From: a virus
Taxonomy: Duplodnaviria > Caudoviricetes
Strand: one strand, 5' to 3'
Virus record (IMG/VR): IMGVR_UViG_3300017548_000010
Location: 1-31,688 of that record
Length of the DNA: 31,688 nucleotides
The translations under genes and the position numbers were made by a program. Positions within the stretch are counted from its first letter, which is position 1. Each line of letters starts with the position of its first letter. The notes below the pieces were generated by a model. It saw only the letters and a program-made list of their open reading frames with translations, was not told the origin of the DNA and searched no databases. Positions 1 to 8,976 of the stretch are shown here, in pieces.

Positions 1-24
1 AGATTGCAACGGCAACTGACGCAC

Positions 25-71
25 AAAAAAACAGCCGGGCGACCTGATGGTCGTCTGGCTGTTTTGTTTTT
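25..71. terminator. Intrinsic terminator-like hairpin, probably bidirectional, downstream of the tRNA remnant
   Basis: AAAACAGCCGGGCGACC-TGAT-GGTCGTCTGGCTGTTTT inverted repeat flanked by an A-tract and a T-tract. Confidence 0.75.
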
Positions 72-75
72 GAAG

Positions 76-122
76 TAGCGGAGGAGGGACTCGAACCCCC
101 GACACGCGGATTATGATTCCGC
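76..122 (-). pseudogene. 3' half of a tRNA with CAU anticodon (Met/Ile2); likely the prophage att-site duplication
   Basis: Minus strand reads GCGGA-ATCATAA-TCCGC (anticodon arm), GTGTC, GGGGG-TTCGAGT-CCCTC (T arm), CTCCGCT-A. No D arm or 5' acceptor strand upstream. Confidence 0.8.
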
Positions 123-213
123 TAGATTCCCGCTCTTTGGCTAAATCCCCCCCTTCGCAACGAATAGCCTAGTCGGCCTGGTCGCCGCATCCTGCAACGA
201 CGGACCCCCTTCA

Positions 214-414
214 ATGAGCGAGCATGAATACTGGCAGGGCTATCACCAAGCCCGCGGAGCGTCCCGCTTTCAAGGCGAGCAAGCGGTCAAAGGTTGCTTT
301 CTGACGTGTGGCTTGCTGGTGGTCGGAGCCGTGGTCCTGCTCCTCTGCAGCGGGGTGCTCGGAGTTGCGATCAACCAGGGGGTGAAGCCGGCCTCTAGTG
401 ACGTCAGACGCTAG
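214..414 (+). CDS. Small membrane protein next to att (moron-like)
   Basis: 66 aa with one hydrophobic segment (CFLTCGLLVVGAVVLLLCSGVLGVAI). Confidence 0.55.
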   Translation: MSEHEYWQGYHQARGASRFQGEQAVKGCFLTCGLLVVGAVVLLLCSGVLGVAINQGVKPASSDVRR

Positions 415-438
415 GCATTTCCGCGGAAACGCCCCAGC

Positions 439-639
439 TTAGATCGGCTGGGCCGGCTCCTCCGGCTCGATCGCGTGCTGCAACCCCCGCTCTTCCTCGG
501 TCCGGGCGAGGCGGAGCGCCTTTTTGCGGCGTGCGATCAACCGGGAGAAGTTCTGCCGTTCCTGCCGCGTGAGATTGCGCTTGCCCATCCGCTTGAGGGC
601 ATCGTCCGGCAGCGGCGGCACCTTGGCGACGTAACTCAT
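439..639 (-). CDS. Small basic hypothetical protein
   Basis: 4-nt start/stop overlap with 636..959; Arg/Lys-rich helix. Confidence 0.55.
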   Translation of the reverse strand: MSYVAKVPPLPDDALKRMGKRNLTRQERQNFSRLIARRKKALRLARTEEERGLQHAIEPEEPAQPI

Positions 640-959
640 CGCGCGACTCGCTCCACCGAGAGCGTTTCCTTCTCAGGCGCGGCGGCCATCAATTCGTCCG
701 CCTTCTGCTGCCCCATGGCCGCGATGAATTCGCTTTTCCATGAGATGCTAGCGCGGACAACTCGCACGGCCAGGTTGAAGCCCCACTTGCTGACAGCACG
801 GGATCGACCGCCGTGTTTCTTTATGAACGCCCAGATTTTGGGTTCAATACGATCAGCCTGCTTCTTCAGATCGCTCGCCTGACGCTCGAGCGCCCGACGT
901 TGGTCGTGCAGCTCAAACCACTTATCGAGATCCTCACGCTTCAGTTCGTCCGCCGCCAT
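636..959 (-). CDS. Hypothetical coiled-coil phage protein
   Basis: GGGAG just upstream; N-terminal heptad-like helix; coupled to the downstream ORF. Confidence 0.65.
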   Translation of the reverse strand: MAADELKREDLDKWFELHDQRRALERQASDLKKQADRIEPKIWAFIKKHGGRSRAVSKWGFNLAVRVVRASISWKSEFIAAMGQQKADELMAAAPEKETLSVERVAR

Positions 960-1101
960 GGGTCGCTCCCGCTTGGTCAGGTCCTTAGTTCGTTAGCCAA
1001 CGGAGGCCATCTTCCCGGCCGACTTCCGCAATCCGAAGCGCTGGATTGCGGTGGCGACGCCGCAGAATGGGCGTGTCGTTTGTAACCCGCGAAGAACCGC
1101 C

Positions 1102-1338
1102 ATGACCAGCGAAAGCCAGCTGCGCGCTATTGAACGGCGCTTGTCTGCCCCGAACCCGAACAAGGGACGCATCGCCGCCGAGGTCGGTGTTAGCCCCGAC
1201 ACAGTGGCCCGGATCGCCAAGCGAGGCCGACAGTATCGGCAGACCGCCACCAAGCACAGGCGGTGCTCGGGATGCGGTGGCCTGCAGACCGCGCCGTGTC
1301 TGGTGTGCGCTTGCCGCGCGCAACTCGCGGCCGCCTAG
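1102..1338 (+). CDS. HTH plus Zn-finger DNA-binding protein
   Basis: HTH-like IAAEVGVSPDTVARIAKR; CxxC...CxxC (CSGC, CLVC). Confidence 0.65.
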   Translation: MTSESQLRAIERRLSAPNPNKGRIAAEVGVSPDTVARIAKRGRQYRQTATKHRRCSGCGGLQTAPCLVCACRAQLAAA

Positions 1339-1349
1339 AAGGCAGCCTC

Positions 1350-1547
1350 ATGTCACAGCCAGAACGAACTTGTGAGATGTGCGGCGATCACACGCGCAAT
1401 TGGTACGTCAACAACGAGCACGGCCACCCTCACAAGGGCAAGATCGAGTGCGCGGACTGCCATGAAATGCGGGTCTACCGTGAGACGATCGACCGCGTTT
1501 ACGCCGCTGACTGCGGCGGTGACTCCTGGATGCGTGCCGGCGAATAG
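1350..1547 (+). CDS. Small Zn-finger protein
   Basis: ATG at 1350; CEMC...CADCH motifs. Confidence 0.55.
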   Translation: MSQPERTCEMCGDHTRNWYVNNEHGHPHKGKIECADCHEMRVYRETIDRVYAADCGGDSWMRAGE

Positions 1548-1587
1548 ACGTCCCATTCTGTCCCTTAGCCCCAGCCGGTGAGACCTG

Positions 1588-2274
1588 ATGAAGGCTAACG
1601 CGTTCGAGACTGCACTCCTGCAGCACCTCTACAACAACTCGGCGGTCGCCAACGTCGGCGACGCCACAGGCCTCCCAGCAGCGGCCACGGCGGGCAGCCT
1701 GTACGTCGGCCTGCACACGGCCTACCCAGGCGAAACGGGAGATCAGACCAGCAACGAGGCGACCTATACCGGCTATTCCCGCGCGGCCGTCGCTCGCAAT
1801 TCCGGCGGGTGGACTGTCAGTGGCAACCAAGTGAGCAACACCGCGGCGATCGAATTCGCCCAGTGCACCGGCGGCAGCGACGAGATCCAGTACTGGAGCG
1901 TGGGCGTCGCCTCGTCGGGCCCGAGCCTCATCCTGCACATGGGCCTGATCGGATCGACGGCGCTTCCCCTGCCCTTCACGGCGAAGGCCGACGACACGAT
2001 CACCATTCCCGGCCACTCGCTTTCGGTGAACCACCGAGTGGCCTTCTTCCCGATCCCGGGCGGCACGCTGCCCACCGGCATCACCGCCGGCACGCTGTAC
2101 TTCGTGAAAACGGTCTCCGGCGACGACATTACGATCTCGACTACGCAAGGAGGTTCGGCCGTCGATATCACGGCCGCTGGTACCGGCGTGGTCCAGCGAG
2201 CAATCCCGCTGACGGTGACCGAGCCGATCGTGCCGCGTTTCCAAGCTGGTCAGCTGATCATCGTCGAAGAGTAA
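1588..2274 (+). CDS. Virion fibre/tail-associated structural protein
   Basis: LYVGLHTAYPGE...EATYTGYSRAAV pattern typical of phage tail/fibre-base proteins; Thr/Gly/Ser-rich beta C-terminal domain. Confidence 0.75.
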   Translation: MKANAFETALLQHLYNNSAVANVGDATGLPAAATAGSLYVGLHTAYPGETGDQTSNEATYTGYSRAAVARNSGGWTVSGNQVSNTAAIEFAQCTGGSDEIQYWSVGVASSGPSLILHMGLIGSTALPLPFTAKADDTITIPGHSLSVNHRVAFFPIPGGTLPTGITAGTLYFVKTVSGDDITISTTQGGSAVDITAAGTGVVQRAIPLTVTEPIVPRFQAGQLIIVEE

Positions 2275-2299
2275 CCGCGAGGGGGGAGGCTCGCGGTCA

Positions 2300-3538
2300 A
2301 TGAGCGATTCGCTACTTCAGAACCTGTTCGAGCGTCCGTCGACGAGCCTTGGCCCTCTCGATCGCGTGCCGATCGCCGGCGCCAGCTACGTCGAGGCCGA
2401 CATCTCGGGCGCGACGCAGGCCAATCCCGTCGTGCTGACGATCACCGGGCATCCGTTCCAAAACGGGGATCTGATCTACATCACCGGCGTCGGCGGTATG
2501 ACTCAGCTCAACGGCAACACGTATACCGTCGCCAATAGGACGACGAACACCGTGGAGCTGACGAGCGGCGGTAGCAACGTCAATGGCACCGGCTTCTCCG
2601 CCTATACCTCGGGCGGCAAAGCAATCCTCGGGCGGCTGCAGTACGCGAGGCTCACGAACCTCGTCAACGCGATCGCCTACACTCGGACCCAGACCGATGT
2701 GCTGCTTTCGCTGAAAGCGGATCAGACCGACGTCAATGCGTTGGCCCGGAGCCTCTGCATGGGGCGTCTCACGACCGAATCGGGAGTGGGTGTCAGCAGC
2801 AGCGATCGGACCGCCCAATCGACGCTCTTCTGGACGCCCTGGAACGGCAACCTGGTCGGGCTATTTGACGGCTCGCAGTGGAACCTGCACACGTTCACGC
2901 AGCGGTCCCTCTCGCTCTCAGGGCTGACGGCGGGCAGGAACTACGACGTGTTTCTGTTCAGCAACTCGGGCACGCTCACTCTCGAGCTATCGGCCGCTTG
3001 GACCAATGACACCACGCGAGCCGACGCGCTTTCGCTGCAGGACGGCGTTTACGTGAAGTCGGGCGCAGCCACTCGCCGCTGGCTCGGCACGATTCGCACC
3101 ACGGGCACGAACACGACCGAGGACTCCGATGCCAAGCGATTCGTCTGGAACAAATACAATCAGGTGATTCGCCGCTGCTACTTCATCGACACGACGACAC
3201 ATTCCTACGCGAGCGGCCTCGGCACTCGGCAGTGGCGGGCCCAGTCATCCAACCAGATCGACTTCGTGGTCGGCGAAACCCAAACGCTCGCCCTCTCGCT
3301 CGTCTGCCGTACCGCCGGCGGCGCCGGCCCGCCATACGCGATCGCATCCTTTGGAATCAATAGCACCAGCACCGAGAGCTCGGCGATCTACAATCCAATC
3401 GTGCCCGAACACGCCGAGCACGGTAATCGCATTCAATCCTTTGTGCCCGGGCGTCACTTTGTGGCCCTGCTGCAGCGGTCCGAGGTGGCCAGCGTGACCT
3501 ACTATCAAGGCGAACTGGGAGCGCTGCTGGCGTGCTAA
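2300..3538 (+). CDS. Tail fibre-like protein with an E1-FCCH-like beta domain
   Basis: ISGATQANPVVLTITGHPFQNGDLIYITGVGGMTQLNG matches the FCCH-like domain seen in phage tail proteins; GRLT...TLFWTPWNGN fibre segment; strong GGGGGGAGG RBS. Confidence 0.7.
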   Translation: MSDSLLQNLFERPSTSLGPLDRVPIAGASYVEADISGATQANPVVLTITGHPFQNGDLIYITGVGGMTQLNGNTYTVANRTTNTVELTSGGSNVNGTGFSAYTSGGKAILGRLQYARLTNLVNAIAYTRTQTDVLLSLKADQTDVNALARSLCMGRLTTESGVGVSSSDRTAQSTLFWTPWNGNLVGLFDGSQWNLHTFTQRSLSLSGLTAGRNYDVFLFSNSGTLTLELSAAWTNDTTRADALSLQDGVYVKSGAATRRWLGTIRTTGTNTTEDSDAKRFVWNKYNQVIRRCYFIDTTTHSYASGLGTRQWRAQSSNQIDFVVGETQTLALSLVCRTAGGAGPPYAIASFGINSTSTESSAIYNPIVPEHAEHGNRIQSFVPGRHFVALLQRSEVASVTYYQGELGALLAC

Positions 3539-3541
3539 ATC

Positions 3542-4024
3542 ATGTCGATCGTATCCGCCGAGATGCGGGCTCTGCCGCTACTGGATGCCCTGCTGCGAGC
3601 TGAGGGCGTACCGTTGGACGGCGTGGAGATCGCGCATGGAGAGTACGTCGCCAGGTACCTCCCGGAAGCCACCGCGCAGCAGATCGCTGCCGGCGATGCA
3701 ATCATCGCGGCCTTCGACGTTCAGGCGGCTCTGTCGGACCTGGCCGAGCTCCAGCAGCTCGTCGACGCGGATCGCCGGGCGGTGGTCAACGGCGCAAACC
3801 AGATTCTCGCCGACGCCGAAGCCGGCATCGCAGCTTGCCTGCAGGACCTGGCCACAGTCGCCGCCGGCCTCGAAGCAGTGGCGAACATGTCGACGATCAC
3901 GCAGCAGCGTCAAATCCTGGCCGGTATGCTCGGGGTGCTGGACCGGATCGTGAAACGGCAAGGACAGCACATCCAAGCCACCGCTACGCTCACCCGATAC
4001 CTGCGCAACGAGGCGGCAAAGTAA
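3542..4024 (+). CDS. Hypothetical helical protein, possibly a fibre chaperone
   Basis: 3-nt gaps to neighbours on both sides; coiled-coil character. Confidence 0.65.
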   Translation: MSIVSAEMRALPLLDALLRAEGVPLDGVEIAHGEYVARYLPEATAQQIAAGDAIIAAFDVQAALSDLAELQQLVDADRRAVVNGANQILADAEAGIAACLQDLATVAAGLEAVANMSTITQQRQILAGMLGVLDRIVKRQGQHIQATATLTRYLRNEAAK

Positions 4025-4027
4025 GCC

Positions 4028-5752
4028 ATGGCCACGCGACTGCTGCTCGACTCGACCACGGGCGATCGGCTTCTGGTCGACGGGCTCGGCTCGCGGTTGC
4101 TCATCGATACCGCCGCCACGTTTGGTGACCTGGCAGGCGGCGCAATCGGGCTGGCGAGTTGCTGCTCCTCGATAGTCGCGACCGCGAACGTTTCCGGGGA
4201 AAGTGTCGGCGTGGCGACGTCCGCGGCCGTTCTCGACGCTGCGGCCAATCTGGAGAGCCGTACCTTCAGCGTCTCCGCCACGGTCGGGCTTCTTCAAGCG
4301 ATTGGCCCCCTTTCAGCGGGCGCGGCCAGCCAAGCAGTCGCCATCGCCTCGATCGTTCCCATCGTGGATCTCGTGGCGACGGCCGTGGCGCATTCGGCGG
4401 GCGCCGCCAGCATCGTCGCCACCGTCAGCGCGAGCGGAGTCGCGAGCTCATACGGCGACGCTGCCGGTCACATCGAGCCTTTGGTCAACCTCGGGGGCGC
4501 GGCGGCCGCAATCTGTCTATCAACTGGGACGGCCCAGCCAATCGCGGAGGCTGCATCGCGCGCAGCCGGCGTGGCGATCGCCGCGGCGGCCGTCGACGCC
4601 CTGGTCGACCTCTCGGGCTTCGCAGGCTCCCAAACGTCCACGAGGGGCGCCGTCGCGGGCGTGTGGTTTCTGCTGGCCTCTGCCGGTTCTTTGGGGGCCT
4701 CGGCAGCTCGCGTCGACGGATTGCTGGACCTCGGGGCGTCAACGGTGGGCCTTAGCGCTTCGAACGGCTCGCCCCAGCCGCTGGTTATGCCCAGCGGTAG
4801 CGGCGTAGCTTTGGCGTTGACCGGCTCGCTCCTGCAGGCCCTGGCGGACGCGAGCGGCGGGACGGCTGCCCAGGCGGCCGGATCTGGCTCGCCGGACGCC
4901 CTGATGGCCCTCCGCGGGGCCTCTGGCGGGCTTAGCCAGTCGTGGGCGAGCCTGCGGGCGATCGCCGATTTGACGGCCGCAGTGGCCAGCCCAGCGGCCA
5001 CTGCGGGAAGCGTCCAATTGCTGGTGAGCATATGCGGATCTGCGGCGGCTGTCAGCAATTCGGCAGCCTCCCTTGAGGTGATTGTCTTCGCCCGCGGCTG
5101 GGCGGCATCGCGGGCAGCTGCAGCGGCCACATTGCAGCCTCTTAAGGAACTGCGTGGCGGTGCCGCCGGCGTGGCGAACGCCGGTTCCCGAATTCAGGCC
5201 GTGCACGAGGTGGCCGCGGCAACGTCAGCCGCGGCCGCGACGGCTGCCGATCTCGAGGGCTTGGTCGAGTTCGCCGGCGGAAGCGTGAGCGCCAGCGCAA
5301 CGTCGGCTCCGCTTGCGCTTTGGGGCATGCTCCGCTCGGCCGCCCCAGGATCAGCGACCGGTGCTGCGTTGCTCGGCTACACGGCAATCGGCGGCGGCGG
5401 CTGCGTGGTCGCTTCGATGATGTTCCAGCCTGGCGTGGTGATGAGCGAACGATTCGAGCCGGTGATCGTCTCCGCCGCCTTCGTGCCACCCAAGGCGACG
5501 TCCGCCGCCGAGGAATCGGTCGACGTCAGCCAGATCTACCAAGCCGGAGCGCTTGCGTCGCAGCTCGCTTACATTGGCGAGCAATCCGAGTTGTTCGTCG
5601 CCGGGCCCGAGGCCTCGGACCGTTTTGAGCCGGTGGCGATCAGCCAGATCTACGCTCCGCCGCGTGCGGTCAGCCAGGCGGATGAGCTGGCCGAAGCGAG
5701 TGAGCTTTATCTACCGGGCTGCGTGGCATCGCAGTCGTGCTCCTGCAGGTGA
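4028..5752 (+). CDS. Ala/Gly/Ser-rich repeat fibre-like protein (about 21 x 20-aa units)
   Basis: Regular 20-residue periodicity over about aa 35-454; C-terminal 9/10-aa repeats. Confidence 0.7.
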   Translation: MATRLLLDSTTGDRLLVDGLGSRLLIDTAATFGDLAGGAIGLASCCSSIVATANVSGESVGVATSAAVLDAAANLESRTFSVSATVGLLQAIGPLSAGAASQAVAIASIVPIVDLVATAVAHSAGAASIVATVSASGVASSYGDAAGHIEPLVNLGGAAAAICLSTGTAQPIAEAASRAAGVAIAAAAVDALVDLSGFAGSQTSTRGAVAGVWFLLASAGSLGASAARVDGLLDLGASTVGLSASNGSPQPLVMPSGSGVALALTGSLLQALADASGGTAAQAAGSGSPDALMALRGASGGLSQSWASLRAIADLTAAVASPAATAGSVQLLVSICGSAAAVSNSAASLEVIVFARGWAASRAAAAATLQPLKELRGGAAGVANAGSRIQAVHEVAAATSAAAATAADLEGLVEFAGGSVSASATSAPLALWGMLRSAAPGSATGAALLGYTAIGGGGCVVASMMFQPGVVMSERFEPVIVSAAFVPPKATSAAEESVDVSQIYQAGALASQLAYIGEQSELFVAGPEASDRFEPVAISQIYAPPRAVSQADELAEASELYLPGCVASQSCSCR

Positions 5753-5755
5753 TTG

Positions 5756-6145
5756 ATGCACGCCATTGAAGACCTACCCGCCGTCGCTCCTGGCAGCGGG
5801 TTTGCCATTCTCGCCCGCGTTCGGAACCCAGCCGGCGGTTGGGCCAAGGACGCGGACCTCACGGACATCAAGGTGCGGGTCGACGACGAGGAAGCTGGCG
5901 AGCACCTGACGGCCGCTACGCTGGCCGCCGCAGATACGGTGCACAAAGAGCTGCAGAACTCGGATTCGCGGTGGACGAAAGACCGCCTCGGCTTCAACGT
6001 CGAGATCCATGCGGACGCCGGTTGGACACCGCAGCCCAACAAGTCCTACTTGATCAAGGTGCAGTTCAATTGGACCGACGCCGCCCCGAGCTACAAGTTC
6101 TATCGGGTGCGCACGGCTTCCTCGGCCTTCAGCACGCCGGTATAA
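5756..6145 (+). CDS. Hypothetical beta-sandwich structural protein
   Basis: Last gene of the fibre operon, followed by a hairpin. Confidence 0.65.
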   Translation: MHAIEDLPAVAPGSGFAILARVRNPAGGWAKDADLTDIKVRVDDEEAGEHLTAATLAAADTVHKELQNSDSRWTKDRLGFNVEIHADAGWTPQPNKSYLIKVQFNWTDAAPSYKFYRVRTASSAFSTPV

Positions 6146-6180
6146 TCGCCCGCAGCCAGTTGAAAAACTTTTTTGAGAAA

Positions 6181-6214
6181 GGGGGCGGTTGTCGGTTCGC
6201 CGGCAGCCGCCCCC
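6181..6214 (+). terminator. 15-bp GC hairpin with UUCG tetraloop (terminator or processing stem)
   Basis: GGGGGCGGTTGTCGG-TTCG-CCGGCAGCCGCCCCC, with G-U pairs on the + strand. Confidence 0.6.
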
Positions 6215-6355
6215 GCTTATTTGCGTCGCACAGTTTTGCGGCACGCTCGGGCTAGCTTGATCCGCTCAGGGTGATGGGGTGCCGGCTCTCCCCTGGACAG
6301 CGGCCCCCGTCGCTCTCGTTTTACACCGAAACGGCGGCCCTCTACCGAGCGTCTC

Positions 6356-7534
6356 ATGCGGCAGGAAAGCCTACTGGCGATCGCCTTTGCCCTCCCCTTT
6401 TGCGTGCCCGGCGCCGCACAGGTGCAGCTCTGCGCCCCAGCCAAGGTCGCGGCCCTGCGCGCCGAGCTGCCCGCAACCACCAACCCGGAGTGGCAGGCAC
6501 TCTTTCACGACGCAGCCACGCTGTTCTACAGCGACGAAGAAATGCCGGCCGCGTACCAGTTCCGCGGAGGTTTCCACCTCGCTCGCCACAACCTTAGCGG
6601 TGAACCCACCGAGCCGTTCGGCAACGCCAACCGCGAGTTTCCCTGGCGGACTCCGGGCGGCATCGATCAGGCCGAGGAGAAGGTGGCCAAGTTCACCTTC
6701 CTGCATCTGCCGGCGAAGGAGGACGGCGGTCGCTGGCCGATCGTCTATTGGCGGGAAGTCTGGAGCGACCGGGGGGACCCGAGCCCACTGCTCCTCTGGA
6801 TATTCCCGATCGACACGACCATCGGCGAGTGCCTCCTCCTGGTGGACAGCCGCGGCGCTCGCCATGCCTTCGAAGTGCGACTTCGCATACGGCGGCCCGA
6901 TGGCTGGGGCGTGGAAATCCTGCGCCCCTACCCGACCGTCGACTCCCTACTCGCCAAGCTCGAGCAACTCGGAACTGACGAGGCTCGTCAGGTCGCCGCG
7001 CAACTCCGCGAGGTGCGCGCAGTGCCTCTTGGGGAGCTGCGGGATCCTCGCCCCCGGGCGTTCGTAACGTTCGCTGCGAGAGCCCCCGTCGAGACGCTGC
7101 CCCCAATGAGCGAGACTCTCGCCGCCGAACTGCTCGCCGCGCCATTCCAGGAGGCGGCCGGAGTGGTCTGGCGTGAGACGGTCAGTCACGAGAGCGACGT
7201 CATCAGCCCCACCAGCTCGCAGGACTTCTCGATCGTCCCCAAGGGCTACACGGCCGCTTTCCTCGGCAACGATTCGACGGGCTGCGCCAACTGCCACAAG
7301 CACACGCTACTGACGGCCAGCGAGATTCAGCCGTTTCGCGATTGGTATGGCCACGTCCGCGGCAGCGCCGACGGCATTTTTAGTTTTCATCCGGTCGCCC
7401 CGTCGAGCCTCAGCAATAACGGCTTCGTCTGGCCTGTTCGGCTGCGGCCGCAACTCACGCCGCTGCTCGAAGCCTACGACCCGGAGAAGCATCCGGCCGA
7501 CCGCTACACGTTCGTTGAATTGGGCCGGCAGTGA
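6356..7534 (+). CDS. Exported protein with a single CxxCH (c-type haem-like) motif
   Basis: Signal-peptide-like N-terminus (LLAIAFALPFCVPGAA); CANCH at 7283-7297. Confidence 0.7.
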   Translation: MRQESLLAIAFALPFCVPGAAQVQLCAPAKVAALRAELPATTNPEWQALFHDAATLFYSDEEMPAAYQFRGGFHLARHNLSGEPTEPFGNANREFPWRTPGGIDQAEEKVAKFTFLHLPAKEDGGRWPIVYWREVWSDRGDPSPLLLWIFPIDTTIGECLLLVDSRGARHAFEVRLRIRRPDGWGVEILRPYPTVDSLLAKLEQLGTDEARQVAAQLREVRAVPLGELRDPRPRAFVTFAARAPVETLPPMSETLAAELLAAPFQEAAGVVWRETVSHESDVISPTSSQDFSIVPKGYTAAFLGNDSTGCANCHKHTLLTASEIQPFRDWYGHVRGSADGIFSFHPVAPSSLSNNGFVWPVRLRPQLTPLLEAYDPEKHPADRYTFVELGRQ

Positions 7535-7626
7535 GACCCGGCCACGTCCGCCTGATGTTCACCGTGCTCGTCGTATGCGTGATCGTTCGAGCGGTTTACT
7601 ACATCGCCCTTTGCTGTGAAAAGTGA
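7531..7626 (+). CDS. 31-aa single-TM peptide (not in ORF track)
   Basis: GTGA overlap with the upstream stop; MRPGHVRLMFTVLVVCVIVRAVYYIALCCEK; ends 2 nt before the protease ATG. Confidence 0.5.
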   Translation: MRPGHVRLMFTVLVVCVIVRAVYYIALCCEK

Positions 7627-7628
7627 CC

Positions 7629-8909
7629 ATGCTGTATCCGACTCGCCGCCGCAGCCACGGCTTCTATCCGACGCTGCTGTTAATGCTCGCCTGTGCCTTC
7701 GCCCTGTTTGGGGCGGCGAAGTGCCACGCTCAGAACAAGCCCGAGGAGGCCAGCTTCCGCATCGAGGTCGGGGAGGGCCAAGGATCCGGCACAGGCATCA
7801 GCGAAACCCTCGTGCTGACGAACGCCCACGTGGCCCAGCATCTAGACGCCCGGGCCCGCATCTGGCACACGCTCACAAAGCAGGAATGGGCGGGCCAAGT
7901 GGTCAGCATGTACCGCGACGCGGATCTCGCCCTCATCTACGTGCCATCGGGAGGCGTGCCTTGGGTACCTGTGAATTCCGTTGGCCTCCAAGCAGACTTG
8001 CCGGTTCACGCATACGGCTACGGCCGCCAAGGCGTGCTGCGACGGGGCAACGGCCACGTGACCGGCGTCATAGGCACGCGCGCTCGCACAATCGAGGTCT
8101 GGAATACTGGGTTAACCATTGAGCCAGGCGACAGCGGCAGCGGCATCTTCAACGAGCAGGGCGAGCTGGTCGGTGTGAACTGGGGAGCTGACAAGCACAC
8201 CCACGATAACGCCGCCACCAGCTCGGCTCACGTTGTGACGATGTGGCGTCACTTCGTCGAGACGCAATGCCCAGGCGGTCGCTGCCCCACTGGCGGCATG
8301 TTCTCGGGGCCGCCAACCGGCCGTGGTCAGATGATCCCGGTGCGTCCGCCCGTCGCTGGCGGAGCCTCACCGGCTCCGCCGGCGGTGATCGCAGGCCCAA
8401 CGCCCCCAACGACTCCAGACAAGCCATCTACCGCGTTCGACGCTGATGTGATCGCCGAGGCGCTAATCGAGCGGCTCGCCGGCGATCCACGCCTCAAAGG
8501 GCCTAAGGGAGACCCTGGACCGCCTGGCAAGGACGGGCAAGACGGGCGCGACGCCGAAGTCGATTACGACCGCATCGTCGCCGAGGTGGAGCGTCGTCTG
8601 GATTATCAACGCATCGCCGGCATGGTCCGCGTGGATCCGCCGAAACTGCCGACCGCTCAACAGCACGTCGTCGTAGTCGCAGACACGAACGCGAGCTATT
8701 GGCCCCGGCTGGCCAGCGAGCTGAGTCGGGCCCGGGAGGCCTACCACCGCATCGACCTTGAGCGTCCGCCGGCGGACCGAAACTTCGGTGAGCTACCCGC
8801 ACTGGTGTGGTACGAGAACGGCATCCCCGTTCGCCAGGTGCGAGGCTACTACGACGTCTCGACCGAACTGATCACCATCAGCCGCGGCGAAGCGATGCCG
8901 CTGAATTGA
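7629..8909 (+). CDS. Exported trypsin-like (S1) serine protease with Pro linker and short collagen-like segment
   Basis: Signal peptide; catalytic motifs LTNAHV, DLAL, GDSGSG; GPKGDPGPPGKDGQDGRD. Confidence 0.85.
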   Translation: MLYPTRRRSHGFYPTLLLMLACAFALFGAAKCHAQNKPEEASFRIEVGEGQGSGTGISETLVLTNAHVAQHLDARARIWHTLTKQEWAGQVVSMYRDADLALIYVPSGGVPWVPVNSVGLQADLPVHAYGYGRQGVLRRGNGHVTGVIGTRARTIEVWNTGLTIEPGDSGSGIFNEQGELVGVNWGADKHTHDNAATSSAHVVTMWRHFVETQCPGGRCPTGGMFSGPPTGRGQMIPVRPPVAGGASPAPPAVIAGPTPPTTPDKPSTAFDADVIAEALIERLAGDPRLKGPKGDPGPPGKDGQDGRDAEVDYDRIVAEVERRLDYQRIAGMVRVDPPKLPTAQQHVVVVADTNASYWPRLASELSRAREAYHRIDLERPPADRNFGELPALVWYENGIPVRQVRGYYDVSTELITISRGEAMPLN

Positions 8910-8976
8910 TCCCGCTTTAGGTGCCGCGCGGAACGTTCCGCTGGCGATAGACGTTTTCCCCGGAAAGGAACTTTCG

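Noticed and set aside
2390-2630. E1 FCCH-like domain as evidence of a ubiquitin-like system
   Set aside because: This beta domain is common in phage tail proteins; no E1 adenylation domain, E2 or ubiquitin-like protein is present
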